Shown in pieces: positions 36,698-51,600 of a stretch of 64,000 nucleotides of DNA (the first letter of the stretch is position 1; each line of letters begins with the position of its first letter). This stretch comes from Mytilus californianus (lineage: Eukaryota). Position numbers and translations under genes: made by a program. The DNA lies in NCBI RefSeq assembly GCF_021869535.1, contig NW_026262690.1:115072001-115136000 (forward strand), given 5' to 3'. The notes below the pieces were generated by a model. It did no database searches. It saw only the letters and a list, made by a program, of their open reading frames with translations, and had not been told where the DNA came from.

Positions 36698-39600
36698 AAT
36701 GTCCAAAGTTTCTTGGAAGATGAATTGAAGGAAGCAGAAACTAAAGGTAGTAAATGTACTCTGAAGAAGATAAATGTGAAAAGTGTTAACCAAATTCGAT
36801 GGACCAAAACTGTAAGTACATGTTGCCTCTTTATTGAAAAAATTTAAAGAAAACATCATACAAATATCATCATTAATTAACACGAAGTGATTTTCACTGT
36901 ACAATTCTGAGCGACATAATTTGTCAAAATAGTGTCTCCTTTCATCTGTAAACATAGTTTAACAGATGAAAGGAGACACTATTTTGATGGATAAAAAGAA
37001 AAATATTTTGTAAACTTCATGATTGGTCATAGATCAAACTGCTAAGTCCTGTAAACATTCTATTTTGGCTGAATCTCATTACAGGTCTTTATAATTGTTC
37101 TAAAATTCTTTAAATGATGGTTTTGTGATATGTTTATAATGTGTTTCATGAGACAACTAATATAAACGATCTAAACTGGTTCATGTCTGTTGGTCTATCC
37201 ATGTTTTCACCAGTCTGTCCATTTTATAAAAAAAATCAATTTTTTCTAAGGAACTACAAATTACAGCTTCCTGAAATTTGGAATCAAGCTCCATGTGAGC
37301 ACCCTATACTGTGTGATGCATTTACAAATTCATTGCTTATCAACTTCCTGTTAACCAAAAACTTTATAGCAGGGTTATCTGTAGTGTCAACAATAGCTCA
37401 TAGTTCCACTTGTTTTTTTTTAGGCTAAGGAGGTGATTCCTTGCGCTATCAAGCTTCTAACAGACAACAAGAATGATGGATTTCTATGGTCAGTACTTGG
37501 TACTTTGTATGATAACGCAGATCAGTTAACTGATGCAAACTTTTGTTTCAAACAAGCAGCCAGAATAACAGGAAAGATAACTCCATTTATCAAACAATGG
37601 AACTATCTAGGTCCTTTTGTCATTGGAAAAACAGAGTTCGATGGTGACCCTCTAGAGGTATTTGGTGGAATCTACAATGTATCAAAGTATAGGGAACACA
37701 AAAATCAAAAGTTTTATTCAGAATTTTCTCCGGGAGGGGAAATTACATGGCAGGTATATAACCAGAGACAGCCAAAAGATGTGATGAAAATTGCACCAAC
37801 TGTGAACTGGAATGAGTTAATCAATACATTAAGCTCAATGGGAATCACTGAATGGCAGGGATGGGTTGTAGGGGAATTTTCTCTGAATGAGGACAGACAA
37901 AACGTTGCTTTACAATGTCTTGGGCACCATACCATATATGTTGATGGGATACCAGTCACAGGAGACGTTTACCATAGAAACCAGTTTTTCTTTGGCCTTC
38001 AACTCGATAGAGGTTTACATACTATTTATGTCAGACTAAGAGGAAAAGTTGGCGCTAATTTGATGTGCAGTCTACAGATCAAACAAGTCCCTTTTGAAAT
38101 TTTGAATCCTCATTATCTACCAGATTTTGTTGATGGGCATGTATTTGGTAAATATATAGCAATACCAGTTGCCAACTACCATTTTTCAAAATGGTTAAAA
38201 ATATCAAAGATAAAACTAGTCGACCAATCACATGGAACTGATATGAACTTTAAACTCTTGAACCAAGTTCATATTGCACCAGGTCAGATTTTACCCGTAA
38301 ACGTTGTTTTCGAATCGTCAGAAATATTGCCATGTCAAACTATAGAATTAAAGCTAAAATTAACAACTTCAGAAGGAAGTAAAGATTTTCTAGTGAATTT
38401 AAGACGTAGAAAAATAAAGGAATCCTTTCTGTTTACGTTTCTGGATCATGATGGTTCAGTACAACATGCTGCGGCTACATATCCACTGAGTGACTGTATC
38501 GGAGAATCTTGTCCTGTTGTGTTGACTCTTCATGGAACAACTGTACCACCACAGAACCAGGCAGATAGCTATAAATACATGGTCAATAAAGAGTTTGTGT
38601 ATGGGGTTAATGGTGCATGGTTGTTAGCACCTACAAGGTATAATTGATTTATAAATAAGAAGGGGGAGATAACTAAGAGTGAATCAGAAAAAAAAAACAT
38701 CGCTTTTTAGATACATATGGCTGTCAGTTTTATGTGATTTTAAAAATGTGCAGTGCACTGAGGGATGATATTCTCTAAATCATCAAGATTGATCAGCTAT
38801 CTGATTAACACTGTTAAAAAGTACTTTTAAGTTTGTTTTTCACAAGATCATGTTTTATATCACTCTATTTATGAATTTAATACTTTTTTTAATTTGTGCT
38901 TTGGTATACTGTTATACCCATGCAAATGAATAGAGTGCTTTTTTGTTTGATTTAGATTTTGATTGTTCTTTTCTTAATATATTATGTTCTTGCAAGTGTT
39001 GAATTAATACAGTGTATGGAAAAAAATATGGGCATTAATTCAAAAACTTAGACTTGCAATTTTCACACTTTGCAGGTATATGTGAATGATACCAATATCA
39101 TTGTTATGTAAAATTCTGTCTGATAACAATTAATATTTTATATTTGATTTAGACATGGAGCTCATAACTGGGAAGGTCCAGGAGTACTGACCGCTATGAC
39201 AGCTTTAGACACGCTCTCTAAACTCACGGAGGAGTATTCTTGGTTGACTATGAAAGCTGACCAAGAAAGAGTTATTTTTGCAGGTAATTACCAGTTTAAT
39301 AAGGTAAAAAAAAAAATTTTGTTGTTGTAATTTTTCCTACAAGTGTTCTTAAAGTCATATGAAACTTCAAATTAAAAAAATATGATGCATATGTTTTTTA
39401 TAACTAAATGACTAGGTTTTTGACTAGGTTTTATTATAAAACTTTTGTCCATATACCTTTTTTTCAAAACAATTCAATGATTTGTCCAAATTTAGAAGAA
39501 ATGTACTTTTTATCAATTTTTTGCTTCCAGTTAACAATTCGCCGATATGTTAAATGTTTTCCGTATGCAGTGAACTCAGCGTGACCTTTCTCGTAAAATC

Positions 39601-42600
39601 TGTTGATCGCAATACGTATGGATCTGTCATTGAAATAAAATATTATATCTTATTGTACATGTTATACACGTGCTCAATATCCATGCTTCTTTGTTGATTG
39701 TTTACTCAGGTGACAATCCGTAAACTACAGCTTCAAAACACAACAATTAATTAGCTGCCATATTTGCACATCATAACAGACCGAGAGAATTTTTTTTTGA
39801 CGATTATGCGATATGGATGCGTAAAAAATGATGAAATCGTGCACAGAAGACTAAGTTTATGATATATACATGCATTGGTTCAAGAATTGGATAAATATTA
39901 TTTTTCACCAGTCACTCGCTTCATATGACTTTAAATCATTTATTTTGATATTTTATCATTTTTAAAGGATGAGGCATAAGTAAACTCTGCCTTCCTATTT
40001 ATTCTACCCTGCTTGCATTGCTTGATTGTGAATCAGAAAAAAAAAAAAAAAAAAAAAATTGAAATATGCATTTGTTACTATGTAAATATATTTTACTAGT
40101 CTGATATTATGTTTTACCTACTAGGGGAAGAATAAATAATCAGTGAAAATATTTCTTGCATATTTTTCCTGACGACTTTTATGTAATAGTTATTGCACTG
40201 ATTATTGTACAAAAGTTACTGTTATCAATTAAATACTAAACTGATTTGAATTATGGGAAAAATAATGTAATCGTTCCTAACACAAGTTATTTTTTATGAA
40301 GATATGACATGAAGTACATGTACGCTGGTGAATTTAAGTTTAGAAATTATAAATTTATATTCTAAGGTCATTCCATGGGAGGCCATGGTGCATTAAACTT
40401 AGCTACACATTACCCTGACAGAGCATTGGCCCTCATCTCTCTCGCTGGTTGGATAAAAAAAGAAGAATATGGTGATAGTAACCTGTTCTTTAGGTAATTA
40501 TGTCTACAGCTTGGTTAAATCCCTGCTGATGGGAAGTGACTTCTTATGTATCTGCAGATGGGTTAAATTCACTGTTATGGCAAGTGGCATTCTGAGACTA
40601 TTCACAGAACATGGTAAATGTGTAGGTCAAACAAGCCTGAATGCGCCATACATTAGAATACATTAATTTCATTCATACTGCATTGTAGCTGCTGTCTTAA
40701 GTTCAACAATGGTTACCTTAAAAATACAGAAAAATTGGTTTGCTGTCAATTTGACAGCTCATTTCTTGTTTGAATTATCTTTCTTGATTATTTAAACATA
40801 TAAGTGCACTACACGTAATGATATAACTGTGTCAGAATAATGATATATGGTAACCATTGAAATATCTTGTATTTTTGTCTTCAGACATGACATAGCTGCA
40901 AGCCATGTAGACCCTGGAGTCAAGTTTATCATGGAATCTTCTATCACGGAAAATGATGTTGATAGACATGTTTCTAACTTGAAGGTAAGAAGGATCAGAA
41001 TATGAAGAAATAAGAGATTTTATTGATTACAAATCAAAAATACTGTAAACAAACTTTCGTGAGTAGAAAAATAAAGCAAATATAAATTGTCTCTAAAATT
41101 TAAAACTTAAGATATTTCCTTAACTAATATTAAATAACATCAAGTGAATATATAAAGCACGAAATTATATCGCTGTGGATTGGATTAGAAAGGGCTAAAC
41201 ATGAAAATATGTTGTTTTAGAGTAACAGGATTGTAACAAAAATTTCACAATATACAGTAGATGTATGATCTTGACTACTGTGGTTTCATTATTATTCGTT
41301 GGATACCAATTTTCGTGGATTTCGTGGATTTAGGTACAAATTAAATATACAACGAATAACAAATTTTCTATTGGCTTGTATGCAGACTAAGGTAAAAATA
41401 AGAAATCAAATATCCACAAACATGTAAGTTTTCCATAATCAACGAAAATTGGTACCCACGAAAAATAAATTAATCCACAGTATTCAGACAAAATGGCCAA
41501 TGTTATCCTAATAAAATATAATTTTATTAATATTGACTAAAATAGAAGTGCATTTTAAAATTTGATCAATTTTTGTTAGGAATGTTCTTGAGTTGACTCC
41601 CTTCCAAATCAACTCCTGAAACTAGACTTCTGTCACATAAAAAATATTGTACATTCAATAGTATAGGAAATTATTTTCAATTCTTAAACTACATGTTTAT
41701 ATCAACATTATCTATGTCATATTCAAATCCAACACTATAAGGATTTAATTATAAATTTCTTGTCACCAATGCCAAGATCGAAGCTGCAGAGTTCTACATT
41801 TTCTTGACCTTCTAGGTGACACGAATTTGTCATAATGTTGTCCATTTTAGCCTCTCTTGAAAATAATGTTGGAAAGCAGTAATTTGACGATTAAATTATC
41901 ATTTCCACCATCTTAGAAAAAGGTTTTGACCATTAAAGAAGATATATAAGGAAACATAGTTATCTATTATTCATATAATAAGTATATTGTAGCATGTTCC
42001 TGTGTTGATCAGAACTGGTGCTGCTGACAAGACTGTACCTCCATTCTACCTTAGAAGGATGTATCGACTATTGAGGGAGATAGGAGCCATGGTTAATTAT
42101 ACAGAACCTGAGGGAAAGGAACATTGGTGGTGGGATACAAAGTAGGATATTTTAGTTTATAAGATCAATTTTATAGGTTGCCAATGAGACAATTATCCAC
42201 CAGAGGACCTTGATGTTAGCAACTACCAGTATGAGTTACCGTACAGCCTTTGGCAACAAACACAACCATTACCTATAGTAACTATAAAAGGCTCCAGCTC
42301 AGAATGACAATAAACGTGAAACAATTCAAACGTGAAAACCAGCGGTCATTGGTTATTGGAAATAGATCTATGCATGTTTTGATTGGTAATTTTTTAGCTA
42401 AAACAATTGAAAAGCACTCATTCCCTGTGGTAAGCTCTAATAACCCCCACTTTTAAATGTATTTCATAATTTGATTAATACTGATTTCTACTTTTCAGAG
42501 AGACGAATGATGGAGGAGTAGTGAATGACAAGTACATTAGAGATTTCACAGCTAAAGCTCTGGAACAGAAGTCAGGGTACTGTCGTGATGATAATTGTAA

Positions 42601-45600
42601 ACCAGTCAGTGAAAATAAATACAGTAAACAGGATTATAGTTTTACTTACACGTGTGTAAATCCAGCATTTGGAGAAGGTCTGCAGGGATTTCAAGTTATT
42701 CAGCAAATTACACCTTTCAGACTCAGTCAGATGAAGGTAGATTGCAACAGCACAGTCAATTCAATTGTTACAATTTTTCAACTGACGGGAAAATAAAAGC
42801 ATTTGTTTTTCAATTCCATTGGTGATTATTTGCCAGTCTTAGACTGCACACACAAAGGTACACCATAGTCTTTCCATTCATCCATCTATTCGTCAGTATG
42901 TGTGCACTTCGTACATTAACCCAAATTTGCTGTTACCAATTCTCATTGAATTTTAACACAACATTAGGATTGACTGAAGAAAACTCCCTTTTGATTTTAA
43001 GTTCCAGAGTTACAGGACTTTAACCGTTAGATTTAAGGTAATATTACTCATATGTCAAACCATACATGTACCTTCTCGAATATGGTTGGATTGATCTCCA
43101 TTTAGATTTTAAACATTTTCTGGTTTGTCGTTCCAGTGAAACAGGACTTTAACTGTCAAAGCTTCATGGAATTTTATTAAACTTGGACAGAAGCTTCTTA
43201 TTAATCAAGACATACCATCTGCAGCAAAATTTTTAAAATATGTTTTATCATTTTTGTCGAGCCTATGACTTCTGTCGCAGAAAGCTCGACAGCTCGACAT
43301 AGGGATATTGATCCGGCGTCGGCGGCGTTAATTAACTTCTTACAAGCTTAATATTTCAGAAGGTAGAAGACCTGGATGCTTCAAACTTTGTATATAGATG
43401 CCTTATGATATGAAGTTTCCGTCTGTCATATGTCCATTGTCCTTGACCTCACTTTCATGGTTCAATGACTACTTGAAAAAAAAGTTAATATTTTTTTTAT
43501 GCCCCCGCCGTAGCATAAAATTGGTTTCCGTTCTCTAACTTGAGTTTGCCTCAACCAAATGTTATCAAGTTGGAATTTTGTTGGCGTCACTTTAACCGTT
43601 CTAGAGTAATGCCCCTTTATAAATGGAAAAATTGCTAAATTTTTAGTTTCCGTTCTCTAACTTAAGTTTGCCTCAACCAAATGTTATGAAACTTATACAC
43701 AATGCTTATTACCACAAAACACAGATCAAGTTTGAATTTTTGTGGCATCACTTTAACCATTTTAGAGTTATGCCCCTTTATAAATGGAAAAATTCCAAAT
43801 TTTTAGTTTCCGTTCTCTAACTTAAGTTTTCCTCAACCAAATGTTATGAAACTTATACACAATGCTTATTACTACATAATACAGATTAAGTACGAAATTT
43901 GGTGGCGACACTTTTACCATTCTTGAGTTATGTCCCTTTATAAACATAAAAATTGCTGAATTTTTCGTTTCCGTTCTCTAACTTTAGTTTGTCTCAACCA
44001 AATATTATAAAACTTATACACAACTGTTCTAGAGTTATGTGTGTTTACAAGTAGAAAAATTGCTGAATTTTTAGTTTCTGTTCTCTACTTAAGTTAGCCT
44101 CAACCAAATGTTATGAGACTTACACACAATGCTTATTACCACAAAACTCAGATCAAGTTCAAATTTGGGTAGCGTCACTTTTACCATTCTTCAGTTATGT
44201 CCCTTTATAACTATATGATATGCAAGCGGGGGCATTATCTGTGTCCACATGTGGACACTATCCACATTTAATGTAATGTTAATTTCTATCATATTAAGAG
44301 TAATAGGATAACTATATTTGGTATGTGCGTACCTTGCAAGGTCCTCATGCCTGTCAGACAGTTTTCACTTGACCTCGACCTCATTTCATGGATCAATGAA
44401 CAAGGTTAAGTTTTTGTGGTCAAGTCCATATCTCAGATACTATAAGCAATAGGTCTACTATATTTGGTGAATGTAATGATTGTAAGGTGTACATGTCCAA
44501 CTGGCAGGTGTCATCTGACCTTGACCTCATTTTCATGGTTCAGTGGCAAAAGTTTAGTTTTTGTGTTTTGGTCTGTTTTTCCAATACTGTATGCAATAGG
44601 TCAACTATATTTGGTGTATGGAGATATTTTATGATGTACATGTCAGTCTGGCAGGTTTTATTTGACCTTGACCTCATTTTCATGGTTCATTGCTAAATGG
44701 TAAGTTTTTGTGTTTTGGTCTGTTTTTCTTAAACTTTAAGCAATAGGTCAACTATATTTGGTGTATGGAATGATTGTATGGTGTATATGTCTGCTGGCAG
44801 GTATCATCTGACCTTCACCTCATTTTCATGGTTCATTGGTCAATGTTCAGTTTTCCTGATTAACTTTGTTTCTTAGAAACTATAAGCTATAGGTCAACTA
44901 TATTTGATGCATGGAATGATTTTAAGGTGTACATGTCTGTCTGGCAGGGTTCATCTGACCTTGACCTCATTTTCATGGTTCATTGGTCAATATATAATTT
45001 CCATCGTTTGGTCTGTTTCTTTTATACTATAAGCAATAGGTCATCTATATTCGGTGTATGGAATGATTGTATTAAAGGTGTACATGTATTTACGGCTTGG
45101 TTTATCTGACCTTGACCTCATTTTCTGAGATCATAAATGTTAATGTGATCTTTACATTTAGGACTATCAACATAAAATCAATGGTCAGTATAGTAGGCGA
45201 GACATTTCATCGTGTGCACTCTTGTTCATTATTTAACTGATCAGTGGACTTAATTTTTTTTTAACCTTTAACACTTGGATTGACTGAAGGTAAAGTTGTT
45301 TTTTAGGACATCAATAATTTTGTCAAACCTTTATGAAATTTTACGATACCTGGGCAAAAGTTTTTTTTGTGATTTAAAGATGATATCTGAAGCAAAATTA
45401 TGAAAATAAATTTTGAATGTTGGAATGTTTCAAAATGTGGACAGAAGCTTCATGATCAAGAAATGGCATAAGTAGAAAAATTCTGATTTTTTTCCTTGTA
45501 TTTTACTGATAATTGGCAATCAACATTGCACTTTTACACTGACAATATCAAATGCAGGCAAGAGACTAGGTTCTGCATTCATTTTGAATATGTTTGAGAA

Positions 45601-48600
45601 GTATCATGCATAATTTTTTTGTTAAATACTACCAAGAGTTGATAATCTCAGAAACAACAATCCTTTTTGTAATCTTAAACTAGAGACCTTACCTTATGCT
45701 GTCTGAGATTTCCCTTTCTTGGGATTTAGACTCCTGTAATATCTGAAATTTTCACCTATGTAAAGATTCTATGTACTTAATGTGAACCGCAATAACATTT
45801 TAACAGCTACAAGTTCAAATTTATTTTCCAGGGTTCCTTGAAGGATGATGCAATGATTGTTGATACAACCAATATACTGAGATTTTCATATAAAAAGAAT
45901 AACTTGAAGTTGTCCCAGTTTAAATCATTACAGGTATAAACAAAGGAACAATCTTTCATTTTTATCTTTTGCAATGTTAGCAGCTAGTCTGCAGTTAGAA
46001 TCTGTTCCTCTAGTATAATAATATGAAAGTTTTTCTCTTCTGAACATGATTTGACCATTTCCCAAATTAAAGCACTTCTTTCAAATTTTTAGGACAAATG
46101 TTTAATTTTTAAGAAACTTAAACAAACTACTGATGAAAAATTTATTTTTTGTGGGATTAAAATTTCTTGTTTTTTTTCTACTTTTAATTTCATGATGATC
46201 AATTTTCGTAGATTCCAGTATGTGAAAGTAATATTCTTTGTAGGTTAAAATTTAGTTGGGGTTTGAATTTCGTGGATGATATCTATCCATGAAATAAATC
46301 AAATTAAAACCCCAACGATAATTTCTGCTTTTACAGTAATATGATATGAAAAATTATGTTTAAAAGAAAATGTTACCGTAAAAGGTAACAATTTGATTCC
46401 AGGATTCAAATTGCTAGTAAGAGTGCCTATGCAGTTTTATATTAAAAGCAATTGATTAGATGAAATGCTGTTTCCCCCAATAATATATATTGGCTGTCAT
46501 ATTTTCATTTAAAAAGATAGGGGTGCCAAGGAGACGATTAAAAAAAAGTCCAATAAAATCAGACAACACAGTGGCTACAAACAATTAAAAAAACAGCAAT
46601 AGCAAAATATTACACATAAAACTTATGACTGAGCAACACAAACCATACAAAAAGCCAGGGTTGACCTCATGTGCTCAGGAAGTGGAAGCAATTGCTGCTT
46701 CACACTCCCGTCGTGTTGCTCAAGCAGTTGTATTTGATAAAAATTAGGTCAATGATATATTTGGTATATTAATGTTATTCACTTTATTTTTTCTATTTGC
46801 AGTATGATATTAAAGCATTGATTAAACCATTTCAAATTTGATATGTACAGAATTATAAAAAAAATAGTATTTGTACTGTAATGGAGTTTTGATCTTTTGT
46901 AGGTAGATGGAACTTCAGTGAAGAATTTAGAAGACAAACTGAAAATTTTTTCTACAGTTTATTTTTGTAGAAATACAGGTATGACATAGAATATGGATTC
47001 TAATGCAATAGACCACTTCGAGATCGTTGCATTTCCATCAAAAACTTTGGTTTTAGTGAACATCATTCGTGCGTTTAGGGGCATCTTTACTTCCTTCCCA
47101 TGTTGAGCGAGCGGTTGAAAAAATATGATGCTAGATTGCACGAATTATTCAGCAAATTGAATTCTTATAATTGATAATCAGCACTGCTGTCATTAGGGAA
47201 TTATGATTTAGTACCTACGAAACAAACATTATTTCTAGTTTATCCTGCATAATGAGGATCACGAAGACGCTTGATGAACTTTAATAGTGCTAGGATACAG
47301 ACATCCCCCTCTATCTGGTAAATGACGTCATAAAGGCACGCATAATTGACGAACTTTTCCAGTGAAGGACATAACTCGAAAGTGGTCTATTTGTTTGGAT
47401 GACATGATATATTTATAGAAATAAAGGTATGACATAAAGTATTTATTGATTGAAATGATCAAGTATTGGCTTTTAATATATTTCTGTTTATAATTTATTA
47501 TAGATGCCTGGGAAGACTGCACAGAAGATTTTGGAGATTCGAGAGGACCTTCATCTTATGGTCCTGCTCGGAGAGTAGCTGAAAATGAATTCTATATTGT
47601 TGTTGGTATGCTATTTAGATACTTAAGGAAGTTGACAGTCAAAATATAATTTTTAAACCATATCCAAGATCACAACTCTTTTAGTAATATGTTTTCAAAC
47701 CATAACATTGATGCCAAAAATGCAAAAAAGGAATCTTCTACTGTTAAGGAAAATGATACTTGAACTGAGCTACACTTTCACTATAATAAAAGATATGGGG
47801 GAATACACCAATGAGAAAACTCAATGAAACAAAATTAAAATGACATCTAGACATCTGTTTGGACGTGCTTGACTGCATATCTATATTTATGTTCGTGTTT
47901 ACATCAGATCATATGACCTACATAATTCTTTGGAGATCATCACAATGATTAATTAGATGACACATAGTGTCAAAAACGCAGGAACTGTTGATACATTTTA
48001 ACGAATCCATGCATTATTTCTTAATAGTACTTTTTGTAATTTGGATAGACATTTTAGTATGTTATAAATGAAATATGAGAATTTGAGCTGAATCAGTGCA
48101 AATGAATTTGACAGCTAATGTCCCTTTAACATCTTGTGGCAAATATAACATGCATATTCAGGAAGAGAACAAATTATCAGTAAAAGAAGACGGATGAAAA
48201 TGTGCTGTTATCAGTTTTTTGTTTTTATAAAATTAAACATTAATACATTATTCATCTTTTAACTTAATCAAAATAAACATAAGTATATTATTTGGTGTTT
48301 TTTTTAACAAAATCAATGATCAAATATATTTAAACATTGTGAAGGTACACAAGATCAAGAGGCAGCCATACACATTCAGAAGTTTGCTGTTTACATAGCC
48401 AACCTGTTCTTTCTGACATCTGATACACCAGCTGTAGTTGTAAAGGATGAGGAGCTTGAGAATGGTCAGATAGGTAAAATTTTCACCAAAAAAAGGGGGG
48501 GGGGGGTTGCTGTATACATAACCAACATGTTCTTTTTGATATCTGATACACCAGCTGTAGTCATAAAGGATGAGGAGCTGTAGAATTATCAGATAGGTAA

Positions 48601-51600
48601 AAGTTTTACACAAATAAAAAAATCAATCAAATTGAGATTTAATCAAGGGAGCATAGAGAACCCTTCAGCATAGATTTGTATCCCTCCCTTATTGAATTTC
48701 TTCTATATTTTATAGTCACCATGCCATGTGTATTTCCTCTTAAAAAGCTTTTTTTGTACTGCTGTTGTGCAAAACATCAACAGTAAATTACCGAATTAAA
48801 AAAAAAGATGGTGATTTATTCTATTTTAATGACAGATTGCAGCACTTGTGATGTTCATTTGAAAATGTTTTCATGGTTGTTCTGTGTTAAAATAAGTGAT
48901 ACCCACAGATATCACTAGATATCCATTGATATAGCCAATTTTTATTCTTGAATTTTTCATTTTGAACACTGTTTCAACACCTGTAGCTGTTTTTGTATGT
49001 TATTGACATTTTAATGGAACAACCTTAATTTTTTTTCAGTCTCCATATTCTCAATATTTGAACTGAAAAAAATTATTCATTTTTTTCCTCAAAAGAAAGA
49101 AATTGCATTTGTTAGATATAAATTGCATTTCTTCCCTTTTTATAGAAAATTCTAATTTGATAATTATTGGATCACCACAGCAGAATTCAAAGACAGAGAT
49201 GTACCTTAAGAAAATACCTGTAGAGGTCAAAGGTTAGTAGAAAACTACATAAATATAATATACCAGCTGTAAAACAAGTGCAATTTTTTGGACTGTAGAA
49301 TATAGATATAAAACTTAATGAATAATGTTTGTTAGAAGCACATTATAGATCTGGTCCAAAGGGCCAAGTGAACTTTTTCATCACCTGTCGTCACTAATCA
49401 TTATTGTCCCTTAACTTTTTAAGATTAATATTCTTCTCCTCTGAATCTCCTAGACCAAATTGAACCAATCATGGCCACAATCATCATTAGGAAATCTAGT
49501 TTTTGCAAATGTGTCTGATGAGATCATTACCCGCCTGCCAACCAACATGGCAGACTTGGCTTAAAATAGAACAGGGGTAAAATGCAAGATTTGTCTAACA
49601 TCTTGAAAACAGCTATAAATAGAAAAAATCTGACAGGGCACACATGTTTAGGATGTTGAGATCTACCTATTGTCCTTTTACATCAAAACTGTCAGACGAC
49701 TTCTTATAGGAGTTATTGCCCTTAAATGACAAATTTAACCATTTTTTTGTCATTTTTGCCAATTACATTTGTTGTATCTTGAAAATAATGTTACTTAAAG
49801 AGAACATTTAAATTGCTGTAATTGTCTGACACTTCCTTATTGGAGTTCTTACCCTTTAACGCTGATTTTTACCAATTTTTTGTGTTTTTGCCTGTTATCT
49901 AAAACTATAATACTGGTAGATAGATAGAAACTTAAATTATCAAAAATGATCAGCAAAACCTACTATAAATAAGTTATGGCCTAATGACTCTTTATTGAAG
50001 TTATTGCTCTATAATGATGATATTTACCCTTTTTTAGTGTTTTTGTCTATTTTCTTGAAGCTTACAATAGATAGAAAGACACTTTGAATAGCAAAAATTA
50101 TCAGCAAGACAAGATCTACAAATAAGTCAACATGGGTGAAACAAGTCAGATGACTCCTTATTGGAATTGCTCTTTAATGACGATTTTTACGATTTTTTGC
50201 ATTTTTTGCCTACCATCTTGAAAACTATAAAAGATAGATAGACACTTTAAATAGAAAAACATGATCAGCAAGATAAGATCTACAAATGAGTCTAATTTTG
50301 TTGAAATCCATAGTAGACTCTTTCTAGGAGTGATTGACTTAAAATGACAAGTTTTTTACCCTTTTTTGGTGTTTTGGGCAAAAACTAAAGAAGATAGAGA
50401 GGAACTGTAAACAGAAAAAAAATAAGCAATACAAGATCAACAAAAAAAGGTTTTGTCATGAATTCTTTTCTAGTCCACAATGTTGTAGAGTGTCCATTGT
50501 TGAAGATGTACATAGACCTAGGTGAGCGACACAGGTTCTTTCAAGCCTCTAGTTTTAATGAAAAAGAAAAACCTAATAGTATTATTTCTTTTATTGTGCT
50601 ATGAGATAGCCAGAAAATGAGCTGTACAGGTTATTACTATCACTGTGAATAGTAAAATTGCCTTGGGACTTTACTGCAACTTGGTCTCCTTTCTTCAGAT
50701 TTAATATAATATTGACTGTTCCAGTCTCATGACTAGAACCTTTCAGCCATGTAGTTTGTTGCTTGATATTATTATGAGAAATGTAAACAACTAGATACTT
50801 TCCAGCCTGTGTCATGACTGTATAAGAAAACTGATAAACTCCAGCAACAGGTGTGGTAAAAATACCAGTGGTTGGGTTGTAGCCATTTTGTATATTGGTG
50901 ACAATTTTGTCAAACTTGATAACACCTTTGTCTCCAGGGGTTTGTGGTTGAGTCAGCATTGATTGAAAGGCTGGGATTCTAGTTCTACTCAGACACTGAC
51001 AGCCTTTATCTAAAATGAATATAAAAGAAGAAAAAAAAATGACAGTTGTGTATGAAACTTGAAAACTCTTCAAATTGCTTCACTTGTAAACCTTTTTAGT
51101 CTTTCATTTTTTATGTGTCAACTGTATATAACTATGATTGCTAGTGTAAAAAATGGAAAAATGCATGGAAGGATGTGAAATAAAAAGTGATTAAAGGGAT
51201 TTTATTGTATACATTCACATGATATTTGTACCAGCCTCAAAATGAGAGAAATTTCATTAATCATCATGCTATTTTTTCGATGCAGTCTACTCAGTTTTTT
51301 TCTGTCATTGGGTTGCTGTCTCATTGACAAATACATTACATCTCCTTTAATCCATAGCTATAATAATCAATTTCAACAGTATGTAATTATTCATATTTGT
51401 TGTGATAAAAAGGTTTTATTACATTTTATGTAAAAAAAAATTTAAGTAAAAAAAGAAACTAGAGGCTCTCAAGAGCCTGTGTCGCTCACCTGTATCGACT
51501 GTTGTTTTGGAAATCATGTAAAATAAGGTTAAAATCATAATTAATAGTATTAGATACCCTAATAATGATTGAGGCCAAGTTTGGTTTAATTTGGCCAAGT

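Noticed and set aside
37141-37428. 95-aa ORF just upstream of the large hydrolase exon
   Set aside because: Intronic. Exon 36698-36811 joins 37424 in phase without it, and it has no strong donor.
51010-51073. ORF-track N-terminus of the C1q protein (MKSFQVSYTTVIFFSSFIFIL) as a signal peptide
   Set aside because: It starts at TTG and is the translated polypyrimidine tract; the real signal peptide is in exon 54812-54887.
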